The translations under genes and the position numbers were made by a program. From NCBI GenBank assembly GCA_050613775.1, contig JBODTK010000110.1:434001-498000 (forward strand): a DNA stretch of 64,000 nucleotides, in the 5' to 3' direction. How positions within the stretch are numbered: the stretch's first letter is position 1; each line of letters begins with the position of its first letter. Source of the stretch: Neocallimastix sp. 'constans' (taxonomy: Eukaryota). Below are positions 17,883-33,860 of this stretch, one piece after another. A model generated the notes under the pieces. It was not told the DNA's origin. It searched no databases and saw nothing but the letters and a program-made list of their open reading frames with translations.

Positions 17883-19236
17883 ATAATATAAATTTTATAT
17901 TTTGTTACTTTTTTTAAACAAAATAGTAAAAATAAAAAATATATATATATAATAAAAAAAACAAAATTTTCATTTTATCAACTAAAAAATTATTATTTGT
18001 AAATTAATAATTTTTTTAAAGAAATAAAATGAAATTGAAACCTTAAATTGAAACATAAAACTACTTTTATTTTTATTTTTATTTTTTTTTTTTATTATTT
18101 TATTTTATTAATATTTTATTTTATTAATAATTTATTATTACTATTATTATTAGTATTAGTATTATTTATAATTAAATATAGAATTAGATTTAATTATATT
18201 ATATTATATTCACATTATTTATGGTATAATACACTATTAAATAAATATACGAAAAAAAAGAAATAACCATATAATATTAGATAATATATTTATATAATAA
18301 ACTATACCATATCAAAATACAATACAATACAATACAATACAATACAATAATATAAAATAAAATAAAATAAAATTATTATTCATTAATCAAAAACATTTTT
18401 ATTTATATAAACTATTGGAATAATCCAATGGTTCATATATAAATAAAAATAAATTTAATAAATATTTTTAATATAGTAATATATAGAATATTTCCATTAA
18501 GATAAATTAGAATAATCTATGTCTAAACAAACATAAAAGAAATTATTAAATACTATTATGAATAGAGAATAATATTCATCTAATTATACTGAATGAATAG
18601 TAACTAGTATTCATTAAATAAAACAATGAATAAATAGTAGATGATATTCATTAATAATATAATGAATAAATAGTTAATGATTTTCATCTAATACAAAGAC
18701 CACTTATTAATTGTATTAAATGTGAATAATAATTAATACAACTTTAAATATGAAAAAACTTTTTAGTTTTTTAAATATGAAATTTATTAATGTATAGATA
18801 CTTTAATAGGTATATAAATGTATTATTAATAGAAATCAATTTATTATATAATTAAAAGACAAAAAAAAAAATTTAAAAAAGTTAAAATATATATATATAT
18901 TTATTTTATTTTATTATTTTATCTAATTTTTAATTACAATTAATCTTTTTCAGTTATTTTATAATGTATTATTAGAAATCAATAAAATATATTTAATTGT
19001 AATTAATTAAAATTTATTATTAATATAATTTATAAATAATTAATCATTGGTAATTAATTATTTAGAGTTAATAATTATTAAATTAACAGCAAATTATTAT
19101 GAGATTATGTCAATTATTTAAATAAATTATTTATTATTTTACGTTATATCTATATCCATATTTAGAGAGATAGAAATAATAAAATTATATTTATTCCATA
19201 TAAATATATAATAAATAATTTTATTTTATTTCTATC

Positions 19237-19317
19237 TATAAATACTATTTTATTATTTATAAATACTATTTTATTATTTATAAATACTATTTTATTATTT
19301 ATAAATACTATTTTATT
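19237..19317. repeat. 21-bp tandem repeat, about 4 copies (TATAAATACTATTTTATTATT)
   Basis: Read directly from the sequence. Confidence 0.85.
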
Positions 19318-19855
19318 GAAACTTATATTTAATATTATTTTTTCATTTATTTAGAAAATTAAATATATCACAACCGAGATTTCATAACTATAAATTAAAA
19401 ATTAATTTTTTTTTATTTTTAATAACCTATAATCATTTTACTTATAATAAAACTGATTTTTAAATAATATGGAATCATTTTACAAACAAAAAATATTATT
19501 AAAAAAAAAAAGAAAAAAAAGCTCCTTTTATATTTATATTATAAATAATCTAAAATTTTAAACAAAAAAAAATATTTTTAAAATTTTATATTATATATTT
19601 TTAATATTAAATTTATATAATAATATTAATAATAATAATAAATTTAGTATATTTACAATTTTTTATATTAAAAAAATTGCAACTAATCATGATAATTAAT
19701 AAAATTTTAGTAAAATAAAATTATGTTTACTAAAAATATTATATACTAATATCATTATATCCTTTATTTTTTATATAAATTAATAATACTGGTATAATAT
19801 TTATTAATTTTATAATATTATTATCATTATTGTAATATTAATAAAATTTTAAAAA

Positions 19856-20306
19856 AAAAAAAGAAAAACATAGACTTGCACATATGGGTACCCATCTCCC
19901 ATATGGCCATACAGTTATTAACTGTAAGGTGATGAGTTATTGGCATACTGTATCAGCTTCGCCGCTCTCAATCGTCGTTACACACTGCCCGGAGATGCAT
20001 TCCTAACGTTCCTACATATATCTCTAATGACCACGAGCATCAGAACGGAACCATTAACTCCTCCCTAGTGGGTGTAATCATTGGCGATTGGAAATTTTAC
20101 AATCATCAAGGTCTATGCTTCAATTCAAAGCGTAGTATCAGGGTTGGGTGAAATAATCATCTGAGGGAAAGCCTTATGTACATCACGTGTGGTCTCATGA
20201 TATCCCAGGATAGAAACCTCATCCGATTATTTGGTGCCATGCCGAGGATTCGAACCCCGCCCTCTACAGTGACCTGTATCGTCCTAACCGACTGGACCAA
20301 CATGGC
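19856..20306 (-). mobile_element. tRNA-derived SINE (~450 bp) with T-rich tail and 16-bp TSD
   Basis: 5' cloverleaf head with A box (TGGTCCAGTCGG) and B box (GGTTCGAATCC), GC-richer body, and 3' hairpins (CATATGGG/CCCATATG; TACAGTTA/TAACTGTA). Flanked by AATAAAATTTTAAAAA at 19840-19855 and 20307-20322. Confidence 0.85.
20232..20306 (-). tRNA. Pseudo-tRNA head of the SINE (Asp/Glu-like, anticodon arm one nt short, encoded 3' CCA); probably not a translating tRNA
   Basis: GCCATGT-TG-GTCC AGTCGGTTA GGAC-G-ATACA GGTCAC TGTAG-AGGG-CGGGG TTCGAAT CCTCG-GCATGGC-A-CCA. Acceptor, D and T stems pair; the anticodon loop has 6 nt. Confidence 0.5.
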
Positions 20307-20335
20307 AATAAAATTTTAAAAACTTATATTTAATT

Positions 20336-20337
<2 letters not shown>

Positions 20338-20411
<74 letters not shown>

Positions 20412-20719
20412 GCAGCAATGAATGCGAACTTTAAACTTTATTTATTCATTATTAATTAAAAATAAATTATATAATATATAGAATAATAATGTGAAATAAA
20501 AGCAATATAAAAAATAAAGTGTATAAATAAAATCTAGAAAAAAGTCCATATGCAACGAACCTCATCTCCAGATTATAAAATCTATATTTTAAAAGGAATT
20601 CTTATTCCGGATTAGGGTTTGAATTTCTGAAAGAAATTATGGTCTTCTCCATCAGAGGCATTGACCCTACTAGTTTGTCTCATTTCATTTTCAGTGTCGA
20701 CTCTCCTACATTTATTCGG
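20338..20719 (-). mobile_element. 5'-truncated LINE-like 3' fragment with ~70-nt poly(A) tail
   Basis: Homologous (inverted) to 2640-2870. On the minus strand it ends AATAAAGTTT...GCTGCTGT(A)n. Candidate imperfect TSD TAATTTCTTT/TAATTTATTT. Confidence 0.65.
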
Positions 20720-20910
20720 TAATTTATTTAAATCTTTATAAACTTTAATTATATTTTATTATATATTAAATTTTTATTTGTATATATGTATAAATTAATG
20801 AAAGATATTATATTATTGTTAAATATTTTTAATATTAAATATATTTATATAAAATTAATTTGAAGATTGACCAACCAAAAAATAAAAAATATTATTGTAG
20901 AAAATGGAAA

Positions 20911-23249
20911 TGTTAGAAAATTAGTATTTTTAGTTTGCAATAACATTTTAAATTAATACTTTTGTTTTTTTACAACTTTTATTTTAATTTTAAATATTAA
21001 ATAATATATCATGAATTAATAGTATATATAATAATATATAGTTTATTTATGATACATATTCAAGATTAACAAAACTTGAATACACATATACATAAATAGG
21101 AAACACATTAGGAATTAGGGAATTACTATTTAAATGTTTCTTATATAATTTAGTAACTAATAATTAATATATAATAGTTAATTAAATAATATTAGTAATA
21201 TATATATATTTATATTAAAATGAGCATTTTAAAGTTCTAAGCTCTTTAATAAAATCAACGGGTACATAAAATAAAATCCTTTATCAAAAACAAAAAGAAA
21301 TAAAAGAATTTCACATACTTAGTATTAGAAGTACTCAAGAATAAATACCATAAAGAAGAAATCAATAAAAGTACCAAATCTCTTCAGAAGAAAATAAAAA
21401 AAAAAAAGTATGAAGGAAGAAAGCAATAAAAAAAAAACCTTAGAATAGATTGAGAAAATTTTAAGACATCACACAAAAGTTAAAAAAATTAAATAATAAG
21501 CTTAGTGACAGGAAAATTTTAAAATATTTCTTTTAAAGGCATTCATAGAAACAACTAAACTTCTTGAAAATAAAGTACAATATTTCAGATAACGAATATG
21601 ATAAAATATTAAAAGATATGAAGAAAAGAAACAAATTAGAAACCTTAGAATTTTTATTAAAGAAAAAAAATATGGAAAAAAATGAAGAAATAATATCTTA
21701 AATATCTAAAGGAGAAAAATAAGGAGAAAAATAAGGACCAACATAATAATCGTGAAGGCTATAAATCAAGACTATATTTATGAGAAATATAATAATGAAA
21801 AGAAAAAGCGATATTAGGAAAAAAACGTTGTTACTTGTGTGATAGTGACGAATATTTAGTCTTCAATTGCCCCTTTAATCCAAAAAAAAATCCTCATAAC
21901 AATATAAAACACATAGTTGAACAATTTAATAAATATAATGTCTCACTACATGAAATTAGCAATATTGAACTATATCATGATAGTGACTCAGATAATGATA
22001 GTAATAAAGTCGAAATAAAAGGAATAAACATGAATGAAACTGAAAATAAAATTCAGAAAATAAACATATATGAAATAGATACAACTTTAGATAGTAATAA
22101 TTATAACAATCAACACTTGGACAATAAAATTATAAACTAATTAAAACTAATAAATAATGATGAAACCTATTATAATAGTAATATTGAAAAAACAACTTTA
22201 AAAACGATAATATACCAAATAAAACAGAAAACTCAATCATTTTTTCATAATGAGGTCAATATTGATTACGATTTGAAAAAGTATTTTATTAATAATATTT
22301 ATAATAGTAATAAATGCAATAATAACAACTATAAGGATTTAGATATGAAAGATAATTTCCTCAATAATGAAATAACAAGTATAAACAATAATAATATTTC
22401 TAATATGAACAATGGTTACCTGCTTGTTGAAAATGAAATGAAAATTTTGTCATAACAGAAAAGTACTTAAATTGAATTATTTTTAGATAAAATGAATAAA
22501 ACAAACCATTAACCGAAATTAATTATTAAAATGTTTGAATAAAATCAATTAAATAAATCATATTACTCAAATGATTATTTAAGATAATTTATCTATTAAG
22601 AATTTTGAATTTACTTATAATAAAAATTATAAATTATCAATAGTATATGAAAATAATTCAATATAACAATTCTTTTAAATATGAGTAATAATGTGAACAA
22701 TATTTTGAATGTTGATTATAATAGTCCAGAAAATAAAAATTAGTAAAAATGTAAATAAAAATAATTTTGGCGAATATATCAAAAAAAAAAAAAATTGAGA
22801 AAAGTTTTTTTTTTATAAAATAAAAAAATTATTTACTAATAAAAAATCATCAAAAATTGCTCAAAAAACAAAAATTAATAAAAATATACAAAATTTTAAA
22901 TCTTAATTTCAATATACCATTTAGAATTCGAATCTGATTCGTTAGTTGAGGAAAGTTTAGGTTATTCTTACGACGGATAAGTAAAAATTATTATTGGTAT
23001 ATTAACAAAGGTATAAAAATATTAATAATAGAAAATTTTTCTAATAAACAAGAGTTTTACAATATTTTGTTTAGGAAGAGATAATAGAAAATTAGTATTT
23101 TTAATTTATAATTTAATTAACATTTTAATTAATACTTTTGTTTGTTACAACTTTTATCATAATTTTAAATATTAAATAGTATATTACATATAGATATGAT
23201 ATAATAATAATAATAATAATAGTATATAGTATATATAGTTTATGACACA
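20911..23249 (+). mobile_element. Degenerate, internally deleted LTR retrotransposon (Gag remnant only)
   Basis: Diverged direct repeats 20911-21056 (TG...CA) and 23082-23249, with purine tract AGGAAGAGA just before the right repeat. Zinc knuckle CYLCDSDEYLVFNC (His replaced by Tyr) at 21829-21870 amid stops and frameshifts. No TSD or PBS recognised. Confidence 0.7.
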
Positions 23250-24728
23250 AATATTTTTATATAAAATTTTATCATTTTCTATTATCCTCTTTTATATAAT
23301 TAATATGAAACGTGTATTGAAATATGTATGATCCATTAAATGTATTTTATTTTTATAAATATCATCAAATTATGTATTAATAAAAATATAAGTTTTTTAA
23401 AAATATGTATTGAATATTTAAATTTAATATAATTAAGTAATAGATAGATGTAATATGCTATTATAATATTTTCATCATATTTTTATTGATAATTATAAAG
23501 TTTATTACAAATAATCAATTTATTTATTTATTATAAATAAAATTATATATATATTAATATTTCTGTAAAATTTATCTTTTTTCTATCAGATAATATATAA
23601 AATAATATAGGTCCTAACTAATATTGATTAATATATAATACAATTTCTTGTTTGTTTGTATTAACTATCATATTAAACTTTTATTATATCTTTGAAAAAA
23701 AAAAAAAAAAAAAATTTTTTTTTGTCATCATAAAAACTATAATATTTTTAAATTAATTTAAAAATTATATATATATATATATATATTTACATTGAAATTT
23801 CATATCATATATATATTCATTAATTTATTCAAAATCCAGAAAAAAAAAAAGTAAATAAATTTTAATTTTAAATTAAAAAATTATCTGTTTCCTTAAATTT
23901 TTATATTTATGTAATCCTTAATAAATATTTATTACATATATATTTTTTTTAAAATAATATTAATAAATTAAAATTAATAAATATAAAATAGACATAAAAA
24001 TTATATATATATATTTTTATCATTAATACTATTTTTATTATATGATATAAAGATTGATAAGAAGAATTAACATTAAAATTATAATTAAAGTTAAATAGCA
24101 TTAAATATAGTAATATGAATTAAAATATTTTTGATTCATAATATTATTTTATAAGATCATTAATTGTTAAGGATTGATTAATAATTATTATATATTTACG
24201 ATTATTCATTATTAAAATTTATAATTATTATTTATTACCATTTACCCATTTTTTTTTTTTTTTTTTAGATTAATGTACTTTTTCTTTATTGTTAATGTAT
24301 TTAATTATTTATAGATATATACAAGGATTTAATTTAATTCAAACTGTTAGTGGCAAAACTTGATCATTTAATTTTAAATACTTTCTCACTTTAAAAGTCT
24401 TTTTTTTTTTTTTTTTTTTTTTTTTTGTTTGTTTGTTTGTTTGTTTGTTTTGTAGAAAAAATGTTAAATATAATCATTAATAAGAAATATTTATTTATTC
24501 TTTGATTTAAAATCATAAAACAATAATAATATATTTTTAACTATTTATTATTATTAAAAATAAATAGTTAATATATTGTTAAGTAATTTTATATTAGAAA
24601 ATTTTACATTTATACCATAGTTTCGGTACTGTTAGTAATAGTTTATGGATATTTCCATATTATTTATTATTTAACATTCCATATTTATTATTTGTGATGT
24701 ATGATTAATCTAATCTTTATAAATATAA

Positions 24729-24806
24729 TTTGTAACATGTAATATTGATGTATGATTAATTTATTATTTTGTAACATGTAATATTGATGTATGATTAATT
24801 TATTAT
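24729..24806. repeat. 39-bp tandem duplication
   Basis: TTTGTAACATGTAATATTGATGTATGATTAATTTATTAT occurs twice. Confidence 0.85.
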
Positions 24807-25412
24807 TTTATTAGTCATAAATATTATTGGAGAAAATTAATTAAAAATTTAATAATTAATAAAAGTGCTTTTTTAATCTATATTTAATAAAATATTAACA
24901 GTTTAACATTTAATTATTAAAATTTATTAATACATATTAATACATATTAATATGTATTATAATATATATATATTTTTTCATTTAATATTTAATATTTATT
25001 GAAATAATTAAAATAATTAAAATACCATTAAATAATAATGAATAATGAATAATGAATAATAAATTAAAAAATTAATAGATATTTAAATTATTAAATTTCA
25101 TTATATACGTTAGTATTTTTAATTAATTTTTTTTTTTTTTTTAAATTTTAAAAATCATTTTTCTTTTCTATACTTTTTTTTTTCTTTCTTTTTACTAAAA
25201 GAACGAACTTTTTTAAAGCTCATATGAAATATACGAACAATTAATTAGTAAATAAAATATAAAGTAATTAAAATAGGAATAGTATAAAAGTATAAAAATA
25301 AATATATTTTATTTAGTTTTTTTATTGTCATTATTTTTGTATAATTATATAGTAAATATAATAAATTAACTGAATATTTTATTTTTATTTTTTATTTATA
25401 TATTTATTTATT

Positions 25413-25448
<36 letters not shown>

Positions 25449-25936
25449 TTTACTAAAGTATTAATATATTAACTATATGATATATATTTTCTAAAAATCA
25501 AATTAAATAGAAATTCTATTTTAGTAATCTACTATTCAATTATCTTTTTTTAATATATATTAAAAGAAGAAAAATAATTTTAAAATATTAGGAATAAAAA
25601 ATTAATATTTTAGAATTTAATTTTACATTTTATGAAATGTTATTTTTTTTTTCATAAAGCTTTAAAACATAAAATAATTGTCATAAAAATATTATATTGA
25701 TAATAACATTAATATTTATTATAAATTGACGAATTGCTTATCATAATTTTTCTCTTTCCTTCATCCTTTACAATGTTTTGAAAATTATAACCAATAATTA
25801 ATTAGTTCAGAAGCACATAAATTTAAATTATTTATAAGAATAATAGAAACATAATTTAAAGAATATTAGATATATAACATTTTAACTTATTTAATGGTTT
25901 CTAAGACATTTAAAACTGAAGAAATAAAATAATGAA

Positions 25937-29837
<3,901 letters not shown>

Positions 29838-30146
29838 TCTTTTTTTAATAATAAAAATAAAAAAAAAAAAAAAAATTATATTTTATTAAATATATAAAAT
29901 ATATACAATATATAATTTTTTTTTTCATCCTTAATACCTAAATATAACACCTTAATATATATTTATTTTATTAATAAATATTAAACAATATCGTTTAACA
30001 ACAACAATAACAAAAAAAAAAAAAAATAAGTTTTATTATTATTATTATTATTTTTATATGTTATAATTTAATTTAATTATTACATTGAATAATTAGAGAA
30101 TATAAGATAATAATTAATGATAATGAATTAATCATAAATAATTTAA

Positions 30147-30186
<40 letters not shown>

Positions 30187-30488
30187 AATATTAATTTAAT
30201 TTTATTATATTATTTTATATTTTATTTTATTTTATTTTATTTTAATTTTTTTTCATATAATCTTATTTCGTTATTCATTTTATTATCAATAATATATCTA
30301 TTAAAATCAATTCAACAAACGAACTATTAATTAAAAAAAAAAATTCTATTATCTCATTAATTTTTTTTAAAATAATAATAATAATTATAATGACAATTAT
30401 TATTATTAAATAAAAAAAAAAAAAAAAAAAGCAAACCAAAAAAAAAAAATTTTTTTTTTTTTTTTTTTGTAAATTAAAATTAAATAGT

Positions 30489-30614
30489 AAAATAAAATAA
30501 AATAAAATAAAATAATTTAAAATAAAATAAAATAATTTAAAATAAAATAAAATAAAATAAAATAAAATAAAATAAAATAAAATAAAATAAAATAAAATAA
30601 AATAAAATAAAATA
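30489..30614. repeat. (AAAAT)n microsatellite
   Basis: Read directly from the sequence. Confidence 0.85.
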
Positions 30615-31035
30615 ATTATTAATTATTAATTAAAAAAATAATAACAATTCAAATATCATTAAATAATAATTAAATTTCTAACATTGGCAATAAAATAATT
30701 ATAAATCAATAAATTATTCTTTATTAGTATTAATTAAACAAATATATATATAATTAAAAAAAAATTTTTTTTAATAAATAATTATAAATAATACTGATAA
30801 ATAATAAATAATAATAATAAATAATAATACAACTAGAAAATTAAATTCATTAATATAAAAATTAAAAAAAAAAACCTTTTATAGTATAATAAAATGAAAA
30901 TAATAAAAATATTATTTAAAATTAAAAAAGAATAAAAACAAAAACAATCAGAAAAAATTAAATAATAAAAACGATTAATAATATACCTTGTACATATTAT
31001 ATATATATCAATATATTAAAAATTACATATAAAAT

Positions 31036-31069
<34 letters not shown>

Positions 31070-31677
31070 CAAAACAAAATTTAAATAAATAAATAAATAA
31101 ATAAATAAAATTATTTTTCTTCAATTTTACATTTTTTTACAACTAGTCAAGTTCTTTTTAATAAAACAGTTATATCTTAATAATTATTTTTTTTTATTAA
31201 TAATGAATATTATATAAATAATTACATTAAAATAAATATTATATATATATGTGAATGTACTTTTTTATCATTAAAAAAAAAAAAAAAAAAAAAAAAAGAA
31301 TAATTAAAGATTATAATATACTTTTATTTTTTTGTAATTTATTTTTTTTTATTACATGATTTTAAATATATTAAAATACTGTTAAATATAGTATATAAAA
31401 TTAAATACATTTTGATTTATTTTATATACTATATTTTTAACAATGTTAATAGAAAAAAAAGATGATTCAGATATTCAAACATTATGGTTTTTTTTTTCTA
31501 TTAGATCACTTTATATATATTATTTATATATTTATATATATTTATTTTATTTTATTTAATATTTTTTTTTTTTTTTTTTTTTTTTTACACTGGAAGTATA
31601 CTATAAAAATATATATATATATATAAATTATTATAATTTTTTTTTTTATAAAAAAAAAAATTCAATATATTATAGAT

Positions 31678-32360
31678 ACTAGATAGGTACAAGCAATCAA
31701 AAACGATAATATTAAAAAAACATAATTAGTTGCAAAAGGTTGTCAGCAGAAGGAAGGTGAAGATTTTATTTCAAATTATTCACCTACAGCACAATCATAT
31801 AGTTTAAGAATCATCATCCCAATTGCATCAATAAATAAGTGGAATTTAAAACAATTAGATATCAAAGCAGCATATTTAAATGTTGATCTTAATGAAACAA
31901 TTTATGTAAAATACAATTTAATGTTTATCTGGAAAATACAGTAAAGAAGATAAATTAATAGCTTTATTAACACTATATGTGGATGGTATATTAATTACTT
32001 GTGAAGATAATGCAATTAAATATATAATTAATAAATCATATAAAAAATAAATATACTTTTTCAAAAGAATCTGATGTCAGAAAAATTATTGGAATAAATA
32101 TTCATAAAATAAAAGATGATTATAAAAATAAATCAAGAAGTTTATATAAATAAAATGATTAATAATTAGAGTATGAATAAAACTAAAATTAAAAAAATAT
32201 CTTTGAAGAAAAATAGCAAATAAAGAAAGAATAAATGCATAATCTGTCAATATTTGAAAATATAAATCGTCATTAGATTCGCTCATATGTATTGCTATAA
32301 AATCCCAACCAGATATTTCATACGCAGATAATCAAACATCAAGAAATTGTGAATATCCAG
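31678..32360 (+). mobile_element. Ty1/copia reverse transcriptase remnant (pseudogenised)
   Basis: LVAKGCQQKEGEDFISNYSPTAQ...WNLKQLDIKAAYLNVDLNETIYVK, LTLYVDGILIT (YVDD changed to YVDG) and KYKSSLDSLICIAIKSQPDISYA, interrupted by deletions and frameshifts. Confidence 0.9.
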
Positions 32361-32394
32361 TATTAACATTAAAAAATTTAATGATATATAATTT

Positions 32395-33535
32395 TTGATA
32401 ATCAAAAACACTGAATATTATGAATGAAACAATTGCATGGTTAAACGAAATGAGGCGAACGAAGACGAGCGAGAAGATAGAGCACTAAACGTAGTGAAGC
32501 TGCGTAGAGCTGTCGAGATCAGTCGAGAGTGAGCGAAATGTGGTCAATGAAGATTGTTGATTAAAATAATAGAGGTGTTTTTGGGGTTTATTTGCATATA
32601 GTTTTTGCATATATTTTGTCATAAAACCCATATTGTTGATATATATATAAAACTTTGAGCCTTAATTAATAGATGTCATATAGCATAGTTTAGCATAAAT
32701 AAACCATAAAATCCTATATGTTTATTAACGATCTGGAACCTGTATTAATAAATGGTCATAACAGCTATGAATTGATATAAATGATATGGTTTTGATGTTA
32801 ATATTGGTCAAAATTGGTATGTTGTTCAGTTAATTAATATAAGTTCCAGAAGTTAATTAACTACAAAAATGCTATGATTATATATAAATGATAGTGTTTT
32901 TAGTGATTGCAAACCTAGCTAGTTTTATTATTCTGAGCATGTTTTTGACCAGTTGAATGATCAAAAACATATGTTGTTCAACTAGCTAAGTTTTGCACAA
33001 CATTGTTATATTTTTGCATATATTATTATATAAACAATATTGCAATATGATGATTTTGAATGCCTTGTATGGTCAAAACTGCTATATTTTCATCAATAAA
33101 CAATGCAAAATATCGATAAATATATGCAAATCATAACTATATTGTTCCAGGCATTCAAAATCATAACAACAACAATTATTATTAATATTATTATTATAAA
33201 CAATATGGTTGAATGATTGTATTTGTATGCCAAATATGTGCATTTTATGTTCAAAAACAAGGTCATTTTGCAGCGATGCTTGTATATATCGATGATTGTT
33301 GTTAAATGACATACAAATATAATATGTCATTATTCTGGAGCTTATATTAATAGATGAACAACATATAGGGTTTTGATGCTAAAACTATATTAAAAACCAT
33401 ACCATTTTCATCAAAAATAAAAACAAAAAACAAAATAAAATAAAAAATAAAATAAAAAATAAAAATAAAATAAAAAACAATAATCAAATATATGCATAGT
33501 TTTAGCATAATCATTGCATAAATACATCAAAATAG
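32395..33535. repeat. Non-coding element built of nested inverted repeats and a recurring ~30-bp module (possible non-autonomous DNA transposon or foldback element)
   Basis: Inverted pairs 32818-32851/33333-33365, 32909-32924/32980-32996, 32939-32951/32958-32970 and a perfect 16-bp pair 33050-33065/33149-33164; purine-rich GC segment at 32445-32540. Boundaries are approximate. Confidence 0.6.
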
Positions 33536-33604
33536 ACTAAGATAAAATAAATAGATTATAATATATATAAATATATATAGTAGAATCTATTAAAGATATA
33601 ATGT

Positions 33605-33860
33605 AGGGGAAATGTTAAAATATAGTGAATAAAATTAAATACATTATATTTTATTATAAATAAAATTAATATAAAATATATGTAATAAGTATTATTTAGA
33701 AAAACGATTATTCTTTATTAAATAAAATATTATTATTAAATAAAATATATATCATAAGATTTTAAATCTGAGCTTCATATTTCATCAAATACTTGTATAT
33801 ATATATGTATATATATTTATTTATATACAATATTCATAATATTATTCAAGTTATTTGTTT
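33605..33860 (+). mobile_element. Polypurine tract plus start of a probable copia 3' LTR
   Basis: AGGGGAAA-TGTTAAAATATAGTGAA resembles AGGGGAA-TGTTAAAAATATAATGAA, which follows the copia RNase H on the minus strand at 59107. It is on the same strand as the RT at 31678. The right end is uncertain. Confidence 0.45.

Noticed and set aside
19237..19317. CRISPR-like array (also considered 24729-24806 and 40062-40235)
   Set aside because: Head-to-tail repeats without unique spacers, no cas genes, eukaryotic context.
19861..20231. Self-cleaving ribozyme in the SINE body
   Set aside because: I could not find a complete hammerhead core (CUGANGA...GAAA with stems) or an HDV-like fold by eye; an Infernal search would settle it.
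20232..20306. Functional tRNA gene
   Set aside because: The anticodon arm is one nt short, there is no adjacent oligo(T) terminator, and it is embedded in a TSD-flanked 450-bp element, so it is treated as a SINE head.
20612..20620. Telomeric TTAGGG seed (also CCCTAA near 2738)
   Set aside because: Single copies that are part of the LINE-like repeat, not arrays.
32086..32286. 66-aa minus-strand ORF (and the 33082-33330 ORF)
   Set aside because: The first is antisense to the copia RT remnant; the second lies in the inverted-repeat element and has no protein-like features.
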